Positions 35,405-50,106 of a stretch of DNA of 64,000 nt are shown here, in pieces. Within the stretch, counting starts at the first letter, position 1. Every line of letters starts with the position of its first letter. This stretch comes from Monocercomonoides exilis PA203. Lineage: Eukaryota > Protista > Preaxostyla. The notes beneath the pieces were generated by a model. That model was not told where the DNA came from, searched no databases, and saw nothing but the letters and a program-made list of their open reading frames with translations. The position numbers were made by a program, and so were the translations under genes. Location of the stretch: contig LSRY02000066.1 in NCBI GenBank assembly GCA_001643675.2, positions 62,001 through 126,000 of the forward strand. Reading direction: 5' to 3'.

Positions 35405-38400
35405 ATGCCAAATCTACTTTTGCAATCGGGTGACATTGATCCTTATGGAGTTGCAATAAATCATTTACCTTTCTATGTTCTCTCTGAAGATTTGGCGTAT
35501 CTATTTTCACATTTTGGTTCGATAGTTTATGCAAATGTTCAAGTGTGTAATTTTAAAATATTCCATTTACAGAACATTTACCTTTATTACCTTGATTTAA
35601 TTTCAATTTAGCTATCACTTACTACAGGAGATTCACTGAAATATGGATTTATTCGGTTCAAACATTCTTGTTCAACAAATATGGCAGTTTCTCTTTTAAA
35701 CAAAGCAAAAATTGGCAGGAAAACAATTACTGTTCGCCAATTTCGTGTTGGAGCTGAAGCATCTATGCCTCCTTCTGAAGTCTCAATGAAAATGATCCCC
35801 AATAATCTTATTCCTTTGTACACTCTGCACGACCTTCCTCCGGATCAAAGCCTCATTGAAAAATTGCTTCCATCAATTCTGAATAAAATAGTGAATAATG
35901 CTCTTGGTAGAAAAGCAGGAAAAAAGATTTTGCAATTTAATCCTTGGCCAGTTCAGCAAAGTCCACCTGGCTATCCACCTTCAAATTCGGTTCAAGCTGT
36001 TGCATCGACTCATCAACGTCCGATAAGAGTTAGCAAATGTCGTTCCAAACAATTTGTAAGTGATTCATATCGGAAAGTGCTCAATCCTGAATCCAAGAAC
36101 CAAGCAATCGATCCAAGGGCAATGGTAAAGCAAAATAAAATTTTCCGGACTGATTCATACAATGAAAAATTCTTATTTTGTCCTCAAAAAAATAAAGCGT
36201 GTAATATGTATGATTCAAAAGAAACAATAGTGTCGCCCGAAAGTGCCGTGCCTTATCAATACTCTTCCGATCCATCAGAGGTTACTATTTTGGAGACGAA
36301 TTGTGCTCAACCACAGATTTCATTGCTGTCTGCATTTCCGCCATTGTTTCAACAAATTTCACAAGAAAGTGATGAAGTCAAAAAACCTGTATGTGAAGGA
36401 TTTTTATATGATCAATCTTCATCTGATACTTCCGATGAAGATTTGAAAAAGGAGAGAAAGAATAAAAACAAGCCAAATGCTGAAAGTTGTATTGCAATTA
36501 AAGAAAAAGAGATAATTGAATCTGACAAAGGAAGTATAAACTCAGGAGATGAAGAGTCAGAAGGGAAATCGCAAAGCAAAAAAAGAATGAATGAGATGAA
36601 AAGTTCTGTTGGATTGGATCAATCAGCAGAAAGAGAGACAAAAGAGCATCGCCATTTAGAATCAGTGGCTGCAAAGATCGAATTGAATAAGATCAGAAAA
36701 AAGGAAAATTTAACTTCGTTTTATTATTCGACGTTGCCACAGGCGCAGATGGCTTCAGTTTCATTGGATGACACTTATTCCACACATGTCACGCAAAATA
36801 CAACTTCTTTGAAAAAAAGTGAGAAATTTTCAGAAGATTTATATGATGAAGAAATGTTAGAAGAAGCAGAAGTGGAAGAGAGAGTGAAAGAAGAGATGTC
36901 AATTGAAAGAGAAGGAGAAGAAATTGAAGAAGAGAAAAGAAGAGAAAGAGAGTTTGATGAAGATACGATTGGAGAAGAAGAGAAGAAGAAGAAACAAAAT
37001 AAGAAGAAGAGAAAGAAGAGTGAATGCAAGAGGAAAGAGAGGAAGAATCAGAAAGAAAAAATGAATAAAGGAAAGCAAACGAGAAAACATAAAAGAAATA
37101 AAAGAAAAGAGGAAGAGGAAGAAGATGATGAAGAAAACATTTCAATAAGTCTTTCAGATGATTATATTGGCAGTGATTCTGAAGAAGGAAAGGAAGGGGA
37201 AGGAGAAGGAGAAGGAGGAGAAGAAATGATGGATGAAGTGAAAGAAGAATATGAAGACCTTTCTGAAGATTCAATGAAAACAAGAAAAGACAATGTTGAT
37301 TTTGAGAGGAATGTGAAAGTGAAGAGAATTCAAAAGAAGAAAAGGAAGAAGAAGAAGAGAGCGAAAAGGAAGAGTGAGAATGAAAAGTTGATTGAAGCGA
37401 AAGATAAACAGGAAATGGAGATGCTAAATGAAAACAGAGCATTTTGTGAAGAAAACAGTAGTTTTCCAATGACACCTTATTATTCTTCATCATCTGCAGC
37501 TATGTTTGCTCCTCCATTCAAATATTCTTCTTCTTCTTCTTCTTCTTCTTTACCTCCATCTTCCTCTTATTGTGCACCCAATCTCAGTCTCTTTGGCCCC
37601 ATTCCATTTGAACCAGAAATACAGAAATTCGATTCATTCACAACTGTTTCTACTCCATCATCAGATAGCAAGCAGATTTCTGTTAATAATCCTTTTCATC
37701 CTTTCCCTTCTCTTCCTCCTCTTCCTTCTCTGCCATTGTTTTCTTCGTATGTTCCTGTGAATAGCTTTCCTCCTCTTTCTCCTCCTCCTCCTCTTATTCC
37801 TCTCTCTTTCTCTCTTCCTCTTCCTCTTCCTCTTCCTCTTCCTCTTCCTCTTCCTCTTTCTGCCTATCAACAAGAACTTATTACTGCTTTTCATCATTCT
37901 CTGCCTTCTTCTTCTTCTTCTTCTTCAACTATTTCTACTTGTTCGTTTTCTCCTTCTCCATTGCCATCTCCTTCCTCTCCCTTTTTGTCTTTCTCCACTC
38001 CTCTCTCTTCTCTTCTTTCTCCTCTTTCATTCTCTTCTTCATCTTCTTCCTTCCCTTCTTCCTCTTCCTCTTCTTCATCTTCCTCTTCTTCCTCTTCTTT
38101 CCCTTCCTCCTCCTCCTCTTCTTCTTATCCCTCCTCCAACCCCATCTCCTCTCTCTCTGTCTCTCCTGTCTATCCCAATTCCACTCCCCTCTCTTTCCAC
38201 TCATTCCACTCATTCCACACAGAAGATGCATTCAGCACTCCAATTGAACATCTCATTAACAGCCAGCTCATTCTGCCTGCTGTTGATTCTTCTCATTCTA
38301 TGGAGGGGTTGGAGGAGGAAATGGATGAGGATGGTTGTTGTTATTGTTCTTCTTCTTCTTCTTCTTCATATTCTTCACCATCAGAAATATCAACAGTAAC

Positions 38401-39679
38401 AACAAAACCAGAAATTGAGACAGAAATAGAGATATCTTCAATATTGATGATGCCTCCATCGTGTTCATCATCATCATCTTCTTCTTCTTCTTCTTCTTCT
38501 TCAGATGATGTTGAGTGTTTGTCTGAAAGTGACTCTGATGCTTCCTCAAGCATATCTCCTGTCTCTCCTGTGTTTCATTCACTCAGAAAGATCTCTCCAT
38601 TCACTTCTCCTCATCCTTCTTTCGATTTTCTCTCTGCTCTTTCTCCTTCTTCTTTTTCTCCTCCTTATTCTTCATCATCATCATCATCATCATCTTCTTC
38701 TTCTTCTTCTTCTTCTATTCATGCTCATTATTCAAATTCTTCTGTTATTTTATCATCTTCCTTAACTAATCCATTATCATCTTCCCTTTCCTCTTCCTCT
38801 TCCTCTTCCTCTTCCTCTTCCCCTCTTTCCTCTTCTCCTGCTTCTCCTCTCTTTCCTTCTTCTTCCTCTTCTTCTTCCTCTTCTTCCTCTTCCACTTTCT
38901 TTCCTTCTGTCTCTACAACCCTCTCTCCCAATTCTCGCCCTCTCTCTCCTTCTTCTCTGAGCATCTCCAGCTTCTCTGATGTCGCCCCGAACATCGTCGA
39001 AAGCTGTGCTTCTTCTCCTGCCTCTCTTCATTCCTTGCCAAATTGCGTGGTTAGTCCTTCATTGGCTTTGCCCTCTTCTTCTTCTAATTCTTCTTCAAAT
39101 TCTTCTTCTTATTCTTTGTTTTCCTCCACCACCACCACCTCCTCCTCCTCCTCCTCTTCTTCTTCTATAAAAAGTTGCATGCCTCTTGCCAATTCCTTCA
39201 TAAATGTTTGTTCATTACCACTAAAACCATCAACATCAAAAACTTCATCATCATCATCTTCTTCTTCTTCTTCTTCTTCTTCTTCTTCCTCCTCCTCCTC
39301 CTCCTCCTCTTCTTCTTCTTCTTCTTCTTCTTCTTCAAACAGAAAAGAGTCCTTTTCCAGCAAAATTCAACCAGAAAGCACCCGTCTGCTCCGATCGAAG
39401 ATGCGAGCACTCACATTAGCCTCTTTCCCTTCTGCCATTGACGATTCCTCTTCTCCTTGTCTGCTTCCTCCCTCAACGATGAATGATTGCTCTTCTTCCT
39501 TTTATGAGGATGGATTGTTCGTTCCAGCTGAGATGGAGATGAATCAGTCATTTATGCTGCCCTTGCCTCTTCCTCTTCCTTTGCCTCTTCCTTTGCCTCT
39601 TCCTTTGCCTCTTCCTTTGTCTCAGCCTCAAATTGAGTCTTTTGTTGGTTCTTCGGTTCTGATGGAATCAATGCAATAG
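35405..39679 (+). CDS. RRM-containing protein with a very long low-complexity K/E- and S/P-rich tail
   Basis: Exon 35405-35542 (VAINHLPFYVLSEDLAYLFSHFGSIVYANVQ) plus an exon from 35612 (TGDSLKYGFIRF...AVSLLNKAKIGRKTITV) give RNP2 and RNP1. Confidence 0.8.
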
Positions 39680-41841
39680 GAATTAGAATGTGGAATGAAA
39701 AAAGAGAAGAGAAGAGAAGAGAAGAGAAGAGAAGAATAGAAAAAAGTATTAGAAAAGCAAAATAAATTACTTGACTCTTCGTCTGTGTGTGTCTCTCTCT
39801 CTCTCTCTCTGTGTGTGTGTGAATTTTGTATTGTGGACTTCTTGTTTCTTCAGCTTCTGCTTCTGCTTTGCTTATTTTTTTATTGGCATTGACTTCATTT
39901 TTTTTTAGCACCTCTTTCTGTGTTCATTGGGCAGCCCAGCACGAAAAGTGCAGATGAATGGACGATTCTGTTTGAATGTGCTCTTTTGCCTTCTGTTGAG
40001 TTGTTGTTAGCGTTTTCTAAGCAGCAAAAAATGGTTGGAATGCAGTTGGAGTGATGCTGGTGAGGTCTTTGCTTTGCGTGAATAAGATGTTTTTATCCCT
40101 TCAAAAGAAAAGAAAAGATAATTTTTGTCACTTTTTTTAATCAATCTTCATCTGCAGCATCATGTTCTGAGTGTTCTGAGTGTTCTGAGTTAACTTCGTT
40201 CTATTTTTTGATAAGTTATTCGCACTTCTTTGTCTCTATTTGTGTTGTGAGCGAATGACAATGTGGAAAGTGCATAGCATTGCCAATAGAAATGTTTGTA
40301 TTTGGGGTCATTTAATGCAATGGAGTTTTGTTGAATACATTTATTTGTGAGAGATGGTGATGATGATGATGATTGCACCGCTAAAACAGATAGTTTTTCT
40401 GAGTTAAGCGTTGTGAGTCGTTAGTTTTTACTGTTTTTGTTGTTCAATTTTAATTTTTATTAGATAAATTAGTTTGACTATAGTTGAAAGTTAATATTTT
40501 TATTTGATTTTGTTTTTTCTGTTTTTTTCTTTCTGTTTTTATTTTAATTTTTTATTTCATTCACTTTTCGTTCAAAATAGAAATATTAATTTTTTTGAGC
40601 TCTTCATCAGGCCACACATTCATTCACAAGCACTTTTCTTTGATATTTGTGTTATGTTTAGACAGCAAATATCCTGTTTTCTAATGTTTTGTTTTCTTTT
40701 GCTGTTTTTATTTCAATGTTAATGTTTCAGTTGAATTTATTATTGTTTTATTTTAACTTATAATGTTTGTTTCTTATCTTATTTTTTATCTTCATTTTGA
40801 TGATAAAATTAGTTTTATCAAATCGTCTGTAATTGATGTCGTAATAATTATTTTGCTTTTTTAAATTTATTTATCAGTAATGTTTATCATTTTTATTTTT
40901 AATTTTATTTAAATGTTTTTTATGCTATTTTTTCGTGTGTTTTTGTTTGTTACAAATATTGGACGGTTATTGATTCATTACAATTTTTACAAGTTATTGT
41001 TGTCGTGTCTGTTAATAAGAAAAAATTTTTATGCCCAAATTCATTTTAAATTATGACATACAATAAAAAAAAGACAATAATATTACAAAAAGCAACATGA
41101 AACAGCGTTTTTCTTGATGTGTTGAAAGTTGGTGAATCTTGGTGTAATCTTCTTTTTTAAGGCTTACCGTTTTCTTCGATTTTTAAAAACCATGAACAAT
41201 CAGCTTTCTCAAACTTTGATGCAATAAACTGTAACGAGACAATTTAAACTTGAATTTGAATATTGAATTTCAATTTTTCCTGGTGATATGAGAATAAAAA
41301 AAATTACTCAGGAAAAAATATCTATAATAATATAAAAACAAACCATCGCTTTTTCGATTGCCTTTAGCAGTGCTATAAATGTGAACAGATGATTCCTTGT
41401 TTTCAACGATGAGCGTTGTCACTTTTGAAATAATACATTAATTTCATTTTAGTGAAAGCAAAATGCAAACATATGAACTTAAATGGAAGCTTCAATGATT
41501 GAAAATCCTTTATTGATAAGTCATGTATTTGTTCAATCCATTGTGATACTAAATCATGTTGATATTGCTTTCCATTTAACACTGTTTCGGAAGCCTTTAA
41601 AACATCATGTTAAACTATGACTTCAAATAAAGAAATATACAAAACATTTTTAATTATTGATGTTATAGTTTCGTTTGGTAAGCTTGCGTCCTCAGGAAGT
41701 TCTGAAGACATCTTTTTTCTATTTTTTCATATATGGGATAATTCCTGATTAAGAACTTCAAAATCCACAAGTCATCCTTTGCCTTTTTCTTTCCTCTTAA
41801 TTATTCTTTGATTTGATACCCCTAAAAATTGTGCAAACTAT

Positions 41842-44800
41842 ATGTCAATCGATGCTCATAAAGCCAGCACCTTTGTACCGCAAATGAGTTTGCTGTTATT
41901 GTTTTGAACAAATTTTTATATCGTTTTTTTGATTTTATTTCATAACATTTGATTTTTACGAATTGATCCTTTTGTTTAAAATGAACGATTTAAATTTTAA
42001 AAAACTTTCAATGTAACTGTTAAACTTTAGATCTGTCAGCTCAAGGTATTTTACGAAAAACTGAATTAATTTTTAACAGTTTTGTTTATTTGTAAAATTA
42101 TATTTTATTACAAAATTTTCAGCAGTTCATAACAATCCAAATAAAACAGATAAACCTAATGAAACGCCTGAAAAAGAACAATCACAACAAACAAGGCTCA
42201 AAGTTACATCAAAGCCATTTAAGCCTCGTTGTTTGCCATCGTCAATTGGACACACAAAAAATACTGTCGGCCAACAAAATTCTCAACAAACATCATCTCA
42301 TGATCAAGAGACATCCTCTTCGACTTCTTTGTCTAGCCCACTTTTGCCAACAAAAACACAAAATCCTGCAGATAGCGCTCCAGTAAGTAAAGCTCCAATT
42401 CTTTCAACTCCACCCCATTCCATTCTTGCTCATAATGCAGGTCAGTCACTTGTTGCATCTTCAGTGCCCTCATTTTCTGTGAATCCTTCACGTCCACTTC
42501 AGGGTGCAGCTCCTGCTCTTCTTCCAATGGCAGGAAATACAGATTTAGCATCTTCAATATTTTCTTCAAAGTCAGGGTCAGGGCCTTCTCTTTTTACAAA
42601 TGATACAGTTACTCATGCATTGGAAAAAGTGAAAGACAAAGGCTTCAAAGTATTCAATCCAAAAAAAAAAACCAGCGTTCCATCTGCTTCATCATCAAAC
42701 ACATCTTCAACAACTTCATCTTCAAACATCACATCAACGTCAATACCTGTTGCAGCTCAAACCAACGCATCAGCACCAGCAGATGCCGCAGTCAAGCCAC
42801 TTCCCCTCAACTCTGGAAATGCGTCCATTGCACAGCCTTATCCGTTGAAGCCAAGCGACGGTGCATTTGATTCTTCGTCATCTTCTTCTGCTTCTGTTTC
42901 GGTTTCTTCATCAGAAGTTCCAAACACTTTGCAAAATATAGTTAAAAAGGGATTCAAAGAATTTTCAGCGCAATCACATTCGAACCGTTTATCTTCTTCA
43001 GTTCCTTCATTCACACCTAAATCAGCACCTATCTTTAAACCTTCGGTTAACAATATAAATTCTCCAGTGCTTTCTGAATCTCCTGTTGACTCTCCAGAGT
43101 TATCTGTATATCCAGCTTCATCTCCATCTCCATTTATTCTTCAATCAACCGACCAATTTGCGTTTGACACGCAAAAACTCAATGCTGCAGCATTCGACAA
43201 CAGCTATTCTTCACCAGTTTCAACAAGCCAATCAGACACACAAATGTACAAATTGGTTTCTGCACCTCCAATCACTGCAGATCGCCTTGGTGTTTTGTCT
43301 TCAGCTGAGGAAGATGAAGAAAGCGCTGCAAATGATGGAAATGAGAAAGGATCCAACGCAAAGGCATCAAAAACAGCTGTTATTAAGCCCCATGCAATTA
43401 ACGCTGCTGAAACATCAATGGCAGATAAAGCAGAAAAAGAAGAAGGAGCAGATGGTCCATCAGGATCAAATGAAGGGGAAGAAGAGTCTGCTGAAGCAGA
43501 AATATGTGGTTTGTTCACGAAAGATCAGCAGATGGCAAGCATTCCTGCACGTGCACGTGAGATTGAAGTGCGTATGGAGTTCATTCGAACAGGCCAAGCA
43601 CATTCACAGACTCCGCAAGATCTGTCAACGATGGACAAGCTGGTGAATAACACTGATGAAAGCACTCAGCTGTATTCGTACATGTTTATGCTGAACTTTG
43701 AGCCATATTTCACGACTGTTCCAGATGATTATGACAAAGTCTATCTGAAGCACATTCAAGACAGAGTTGGAGGTGATGGAGACAAAGGCGGAATGGGCGG
43801 ATCAGGCGGAGGGAGATATGAAGACAGAATGCGCTATGGCAGAGGAAGCAAGAGAGGAGGATTTGGCCAGCGAAATTCTTATTCTTCAGCAAGTTTCTCG
43901 TCGTCTTCGAACTCTGCCAGCTCAAGCAGCTCTGCAAGTGCATCTGCTTCTGCGTCCTCAACATCGGGTGCTGTATCGTCCTCTTCCTCAGCTTCTGCTT
44001 CTGCTTCATCATCATCTTCATCGTCTAGCTCCTCCACTCGCTCTGAGAGAGAGAGAAAGAGCAAGTCTTCTCTTCCCAACCGTACAGATGCTGCTTGGAA
44101 GCCAAAGAGCCATGCAAAAGAAAGCCATCCAAAAGAGAACCACGCAGGGAAAGCATTGTCTGTTTTGAACAGAGTTGCACCAGCCAACTTTGAAGCGCTT
44201 TTGCCTGATCTTTTCCTTGAGCTGACAGACAGACAGACTTTGATCGAAGTCATTGACTCACTCTATGACAAGGCTGTGTATGAGTCAAAGTATGTGCCTC
44301 TGTATGCTGAGCTGTGCTTGAGAATCAGTGAGGCCGAGTCTCGTTTGGGGCAAAACTGGGTGGAAAAGACCACAACTCCACTTCCTGGAAAGTCACCATC
44401 ACCATCGCCTTCTTCGTCGCCTATTCCTTCTCCATCCCCTGTTCCTTCACCAGCTCCAACCCCAGCCACAGCAGCTGGAATATCCAGAGAAGATGTGTTT
44501 AGACGGCTTATTTTGATGCGATGTGAGGAACAGTTCAAAAAGGATAACAAATTCCATTTGACTGAAGAGGAGGAGAACACACTGACACCAGATGAGATTG
44601 AAGAGAGGAAAGTTCTATACAGATTGAGAGTGAAAGGAAACATGGTGTTTGTGGCTGAACTGATCAACAACTCTCTTTTGAATTACAAAGTCGGAATGAT
44701 GTGTATGGAAAAGTTGAAAGCTAGGACAACACCTGAAAACCCAAATTTGGAGGATATGGAAGCATTGGCAGTGTTTTTGAAGGCTGTTGGTGCATCAATC

Positions 44801-47800
44801 ATGAAAGCTCGTCCGCCTCTTATGAAAGACAATGTAGAATTTATTAAGAAAATTATTGCTGGGGGCAAATTGACGAATGTTGTGAAATTCCCTCTTATGG
44901 ATATCATTGATATGTTTGAAGGAAACTCATTTACACCATACCGCAGGATCTATCAGGCAATCCCATCTGCCAGCCAATCTCCTGTTGCTCCGTCAACATC
45001 AACCACACCTTCTCCACTTGGCTCCTCAACAACATCACAAAGTTCTTCTCCTTCACCTGCATTCAGAGCATATTCTTCACCCGCACTTTCATCCAATCAG
45101 CAGTTTGCAACCGTGTACACTCCATCACCCAAGCCAGGAAACAGCCCAACAGGCGGAATTCCTTCAATGGGATCACTTGAAAGCAGCACTCACAACAGTT
45201 ATGATTCTCACGGAGGAAAGTCTTCAAGCTCAAGTCCGAATCAATACACACCATCGTCTCCAAACGCTGGTTCAAAGCATTTCCAACCAACAGCTCAACC
45301 AAAGAAAATAATACAGTCACCTGCCTCGTCCAGTTATTCTTCGGGACAATTTACTTACTCTCCTCAAAACTCAAGTTCATCTTCATCAAAGAGTGCTAAT
45401 AATTCAACAACTTCAAAAGAGAACGCAAACGCAAATTCAGCTTCTTCTCAAAATGGAAAGAAGGCAAAAACTGAAGGAGACAAATCGAAGCAAAATGCAA
45501 ATGCAAATGCAAATGCCTCTGCTGCTCCAAATCCAAAGAGCAAAGCACAAGGAGGAAAAGCGAAGAAAGACAATGAAGGATCATCGAACTGGAAGGAGAA
45601 GAAATTGAAGGGCAACAAGAAAGCAGCACAAACATCTGCAAATGCCAATACAAGCCCACAACAGCAGACAGAAGAGCCAACAGTTAAACTTGTCGACATG
45701 CAAGGAAAAGCTGCTCAATTTTCAACTCAGCCTCTTCAAATCTCGAAGCCCACACCAGAAATTGCTGGAACTCTTCAGGAGGATGTGGACGTTCCAAGCA
45801 CCCCAACTCCTTCGAAGCCTTCTTCTACGTTAAGCTCTCCCGACATCTCAGCAACAGCTTCTCGTTCTCCTTCATCTGTCACGCGAACAAGCAGCGACAT
45901 ATCCACCCCAACACCTTCTCCTTCACCATCTCCAACGCCTATTGGTCAGGCACCGTTGGAAATGTGTGTGGATAATCTGAACCAACTGAATGATCGAGTG
46001 CATCTGATTCTGTCAAAATATCGGTCAAAGGAAATTGAATCTGTGAGCGTTCCAATTGAAGCAGCTATCAGCATGTTCCATGAAATCAGAGAGGAGCTAT
46101 CTGCTGAAGAAATTGCAGCGAAAAAGAAAGAACAAGGAGGTGAGAAAGCGCATCATCTACATTTCGAGTTTATTAAAAAGAAGGTTAAATATCTGGTTCC
46201 TCGTGCAGCACTTGTCCGTGCTGTGATTGTGAGTGTGCTGGAAGAAGCAGCTACACATCCAGAAACAAAAGAGAGAATTGGAAAGAAAGATGGAGGAAAA
46301 CCACGTTCGTTTGATTCATCATTGATTACAACGTTTTCTCAATCTTTGATGACAGAGGCGATGCTTCCTGATGCTCTGGATTCATTTATCACTCTGTTGT
46401 TAGAGCTTACAGAAATGAAGCAGATTGCAGAAAGAAATAAAGCCAACATGAGCGCATTGCTTGAAGCAGCAAAGGCAAATGATGCTAATGCGAAAAAGGA
46501 AAAGAAAGGAAAAAGCAGCCAAGATGCAACTCAAGTGAATTTGAAAGAAGAAGTTAAAAAGGGACAACGGAAAGTTATGAAGCATTTGAAAGACTACAAT
46601 CAGATTATTCCATTTTCTAAGCCAATATCACTTTCCATTTGTCAATTAGATGAATCTCTTACACCACCACTGCCAGTCTCTTTGTTTGTTACCACTCCAT
46701 CTGGTAGTTCTGCAAGTTCATCGACTACACCTTCAACGACGGTTGCACATTCTGTTCTTTCTGCATCGATGTCTGCTTTGTCTGAGATTATCAAAAATGT
46801 TCTTGGCAATGCACTTTTCAAAAGTTATGTCACATTGGAGGATGTTGTCTCGTTCAACACTGGATTGAAATTGTCTGGACCACACTTCTTGTCAATATTG
46901 CAAACAAGCTTTGAGGAGGTATCTCAGAAATGGTGCATATCTTCTCCGCTTCGCTTGAAGACTTTGCCGTTATTGAGAGACCTTGCATCATCATATGAAA
47001 TGTCAAGTTCTTCATCAACACCATCTGCCTCGTCATTGGCTGTGTATTCAGAAATGCCGAATCTTGTTACAAACTTGACTTTACAACTCACTGCACAAGG
47101 TAATTATTGCCTTGATAAATACTTCATCCCACAAAATGGAATGAAAGTTGAGCAATGGAAAGTTTCATTTTTGGAAACTGTGATTACGCATCATGCATCT
47201 TTGATCCTTGCTGAACGTGCAAAGTCTTTATACCAAGAAGAATTGAAGGGAAAAGAAGCATCTCAGATGTCACTTTTTGCACAGCTGAGAATGTTGTTTA
47301 AAGAAAAGAAAGAAGATCCCTCAATTCTCTTTTATCCATTTACTCAAAAGCCTTGGGTTTCAGAGCCGTCTCAAAGTATCTTTTCACCTTTTGCCCTGCC
47401 ACTCCTAACAGCTTTTATAAGAATGGTGTTATTTGCATGTGCATTTTCTCCTTTGGACGAATCGGAGAAAAAATCGGCTACTTCGGATGACAAAATGGAG
47501 AAAAGTAGCGGAGATTATGTTGGAGTTCCTCATTTGCTGATTGCTAATAGATTAAAAAATGTATTGGTTGAAGCTCAACCGTTTATCAAATATCTTGTTT
47601 CTTGTTTCACTTCTGCTGTTTCCGAAGAAGATAAAGAGCAGCAAACTTCTTCATCAATTTCGCAATTTGAGATCTCATTAGCAAAGCATTTGTACTCAGA
47701 CTATCAACTTTATAATGATGCAACAAAGAATCAAGAACTTGTGTATCAGTTGGTCTGTGAACCATTTATAACATGGCAGTTGTATAAACCTGAAGGACAT

Positions 47801-47977
47801 TCGTCTGCACTTGATGCTATTTACACTGTTTTGAAAGATTGTGAAATTGTGTCTATTGATTCGTTTATGGAATTTACAAAATCGAAGAGCTTTGATCATG
47901 ATCTATTTTATTCATTTAAAGTTAAATTAATGACGGCATATAGAAAAGCACATGAGGATGATGACGACTTTGATTAG
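41842..47977 (+). CDS. eIF4G: Eukaryotic translation initiation factor 4G-like protein (MIF4G domain)
   Basis: MIF4G motifs LSVLNRVAPANF, LYDKAVYESKYVPLYAELC, FRRLILMRCEEQF, KGNMVFVAEL, EDMEAL, VKFPLMDIID; upstream 4E-binding-like YSYMFML. Exons 41842-41887, 42031-42045 and 42123-47977. Confidence 0.85.
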
Positions 47978-48744
47978 TTTTATTTAAAGTATTTGTTTGT
48001 TTTTTATTTTGCTATTTGTTCTTGGTCTTTAATTTAATACTTTAATTCTATTTTCTGTATTTTTGATCGTGAATAAAAAATAGATTTTTTATGTATAACT
48101 TTATTCTCCAAGATATTCAAACAAATTCCATTTGAAATATTTTGTGAATTGTCAGGTTTCAAATGAAAGGAGCGATTTATAAATCTTGTTATCTATTTTG
48201 ATTAAACGGAAAAAATTTTTGCATAGTAAATAATCTTTGAAGCATGAAAAGAAAAAGATTAAAATAATAATAAATGCTGCTTAACTGAAAGAATTGAATT
48301 CCACAAAATTTTTTATTATATTTCTGTTTCACAATAAAATCTAGAAACTATTATATCAAAGCAAGATAATGTTTCCGTCATTCAAAAACAACTTCACTTA
48401 AATTTTGGAAAAACTGCAATAAAATGAATGAATACATATCAATTGTTTTTCTGATTTTGAATGGCTAAGTATTTTTTCTAATTTGCTTTTGTTTAATGTG
48501 AAAATAAAAAAGAAAGAAAGAAAGAAAGAAAATGTGTTAGAAAACATTTTAAAATATCGATTATTTATTCCCACTCATTTGTTTTTGTTTGAATATTCAA
48601 CACGGCATTGTCTTGTGAGAATAACACTCTTCATATAATGAAGTGAACGGAAACAAAAATATTAATCAAAACTGGAGTCTTTTTCGATTTTGATGGTTAA
48701 ATATTAGTGATTTTTCGCAAAAAAATTTCCTGAATCAAAGAATG

Positions 48745-49002
48745 TGGGTGATCATTTTTGAAATCATAACTTTTTTCGGTGTATTGTTTTTTCAAAGATA
48801 GTCTATCATTGGGATGAGATTTTGAATTCAAATTCAAAAACTATCATTTCTGTTTAAAAACCAAAGTTCTTAAGTTAATACAAAGAAGAAGATATCTTTT
48901 TAAAGAACTTTCACTTTTCAGTGTTCTTTTGTTTATGTTCTTGTTAAAATTTCGAACCGAAATTTTATTTTGAAAAAATATGATTTCAAAAATAATCTCC
49001 CA
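48745..49002 (+). mobile_element. MITE family B
   Basis: TGGGTGATCATTTTTGAAATCATA ... TATGATTTCAAAAATAATCTCCCA. Confidence 0.75.
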
Positions 49003-49299
49003 TGTTCTTTCACTTTCAATCTTGACTATTCATTTCACTATCATCAAAATAACATCAAATTTCAAATGTGTGATTGCTTTTGAAATCATAAGTTTTTCAC
49101 CAGTATGATCCTTTCGAAAACATCTTCGAATGTTAAAAAAAGAACATAAACAAATGACAAAGCAATTTTCATTTATAATTTTTCTAACTAAAACCAAACA
49201 TTGGCTTTTTAAAAATTTTCAGAAATTTGTCTTCAAAAAATACTTTTAGTTGATAATTTAAATACATTTTCAAAATTATCAACTTGATAAAAAAATAAG

Positions 49300-50106
49300 T
49301 GGGTGATAATTTTTTAATCCTTATTTTCTCTCTCAAAAATATCTGTTTGAGAATTCACATGGATCAAAACATATTGCTTTATATTTTTTGTTCCACGAAA
49401 TATTTACTTTTCTTTTTCTCTATTTTTTTAATTATCTGTAATTTTTTTTTCATTATTTTAGATGACTTTTTATGTTATGATAGCAGAAAAAGTTTGGATC
49501 AAATCATTGAATTTTTCATTACTGAAAAAAAAAAACTCCCACGTTGAATACAAACAAATAATCGCTGAAAAGTTGTGACTCATTTCTGAGAAAATATTTT
49601 TCATGCATATAATCTCAAACGTTTTAATTTTTAATAATTTTCCTCCTTTTTTCTCAAGCCTGAATTATTCCTTTTTAAAGCAGAAAAACCTTTACGGAAT
49701 CAACACTCCGAAAAAGAAATGATTTCAAAAATTACAGTTTGAACAAAAAATACGGGACAAGATCGATATCTCAATAACCGCAAGAAGAAAAATTCTGTCA
49801 ATTTTCCTCAAAACACATCTCATTAATACAAACTCGCGTGATACAAAAGACTTTCATCACTTCCTCGTTTATGCTCGTGAAAAAATTTAATAAAAATCTC
49901 GGAGAAACTCAAAATCCTATTTCTCCGAGATTTTCAAAAACAATTTTCTCTGTACACAAAAGAAGTGATTTTGAAAGATTAGAAAATCAATTGAGTTTGC
50001 ATTGATGAGATATATTTTGAGGAAAATTATCAGAATTTTTTTTCTTGCGGTTTTTGAGATATCGATCTTGTCCGGTTTTTTTTTTTTCATTAACTGTATC
50101 ACCCAT
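49300..50106 (-). mobile_element. Longer family B-like element whose right TIR is interrupted by the family A MITE
   Basis: TGGGTGATAATTTTTTAATC at 49300; the right end GATTTCAAAAAT(TA)TCACCCA is restored when 49735-50098 is removed. Confidence 0.6.
49735..50096. mobile_element. MITE family A, full-length palindromic Tc1/mariner-type element
   Basis: TA|CAGTT...AACTG|TA, imperfect arms of about 170 bp, central hairpin AAATCTCGGAGAAA/TTTCTCCGAGATTT. Confidence 0.9.

Noticed and set aside
39700-40200. (AGAGA)n, (GT)n/(CT)n and TGTTCTGAG x3 repeats
   Set aside because: Ordinary microsatellites in a 3' flank
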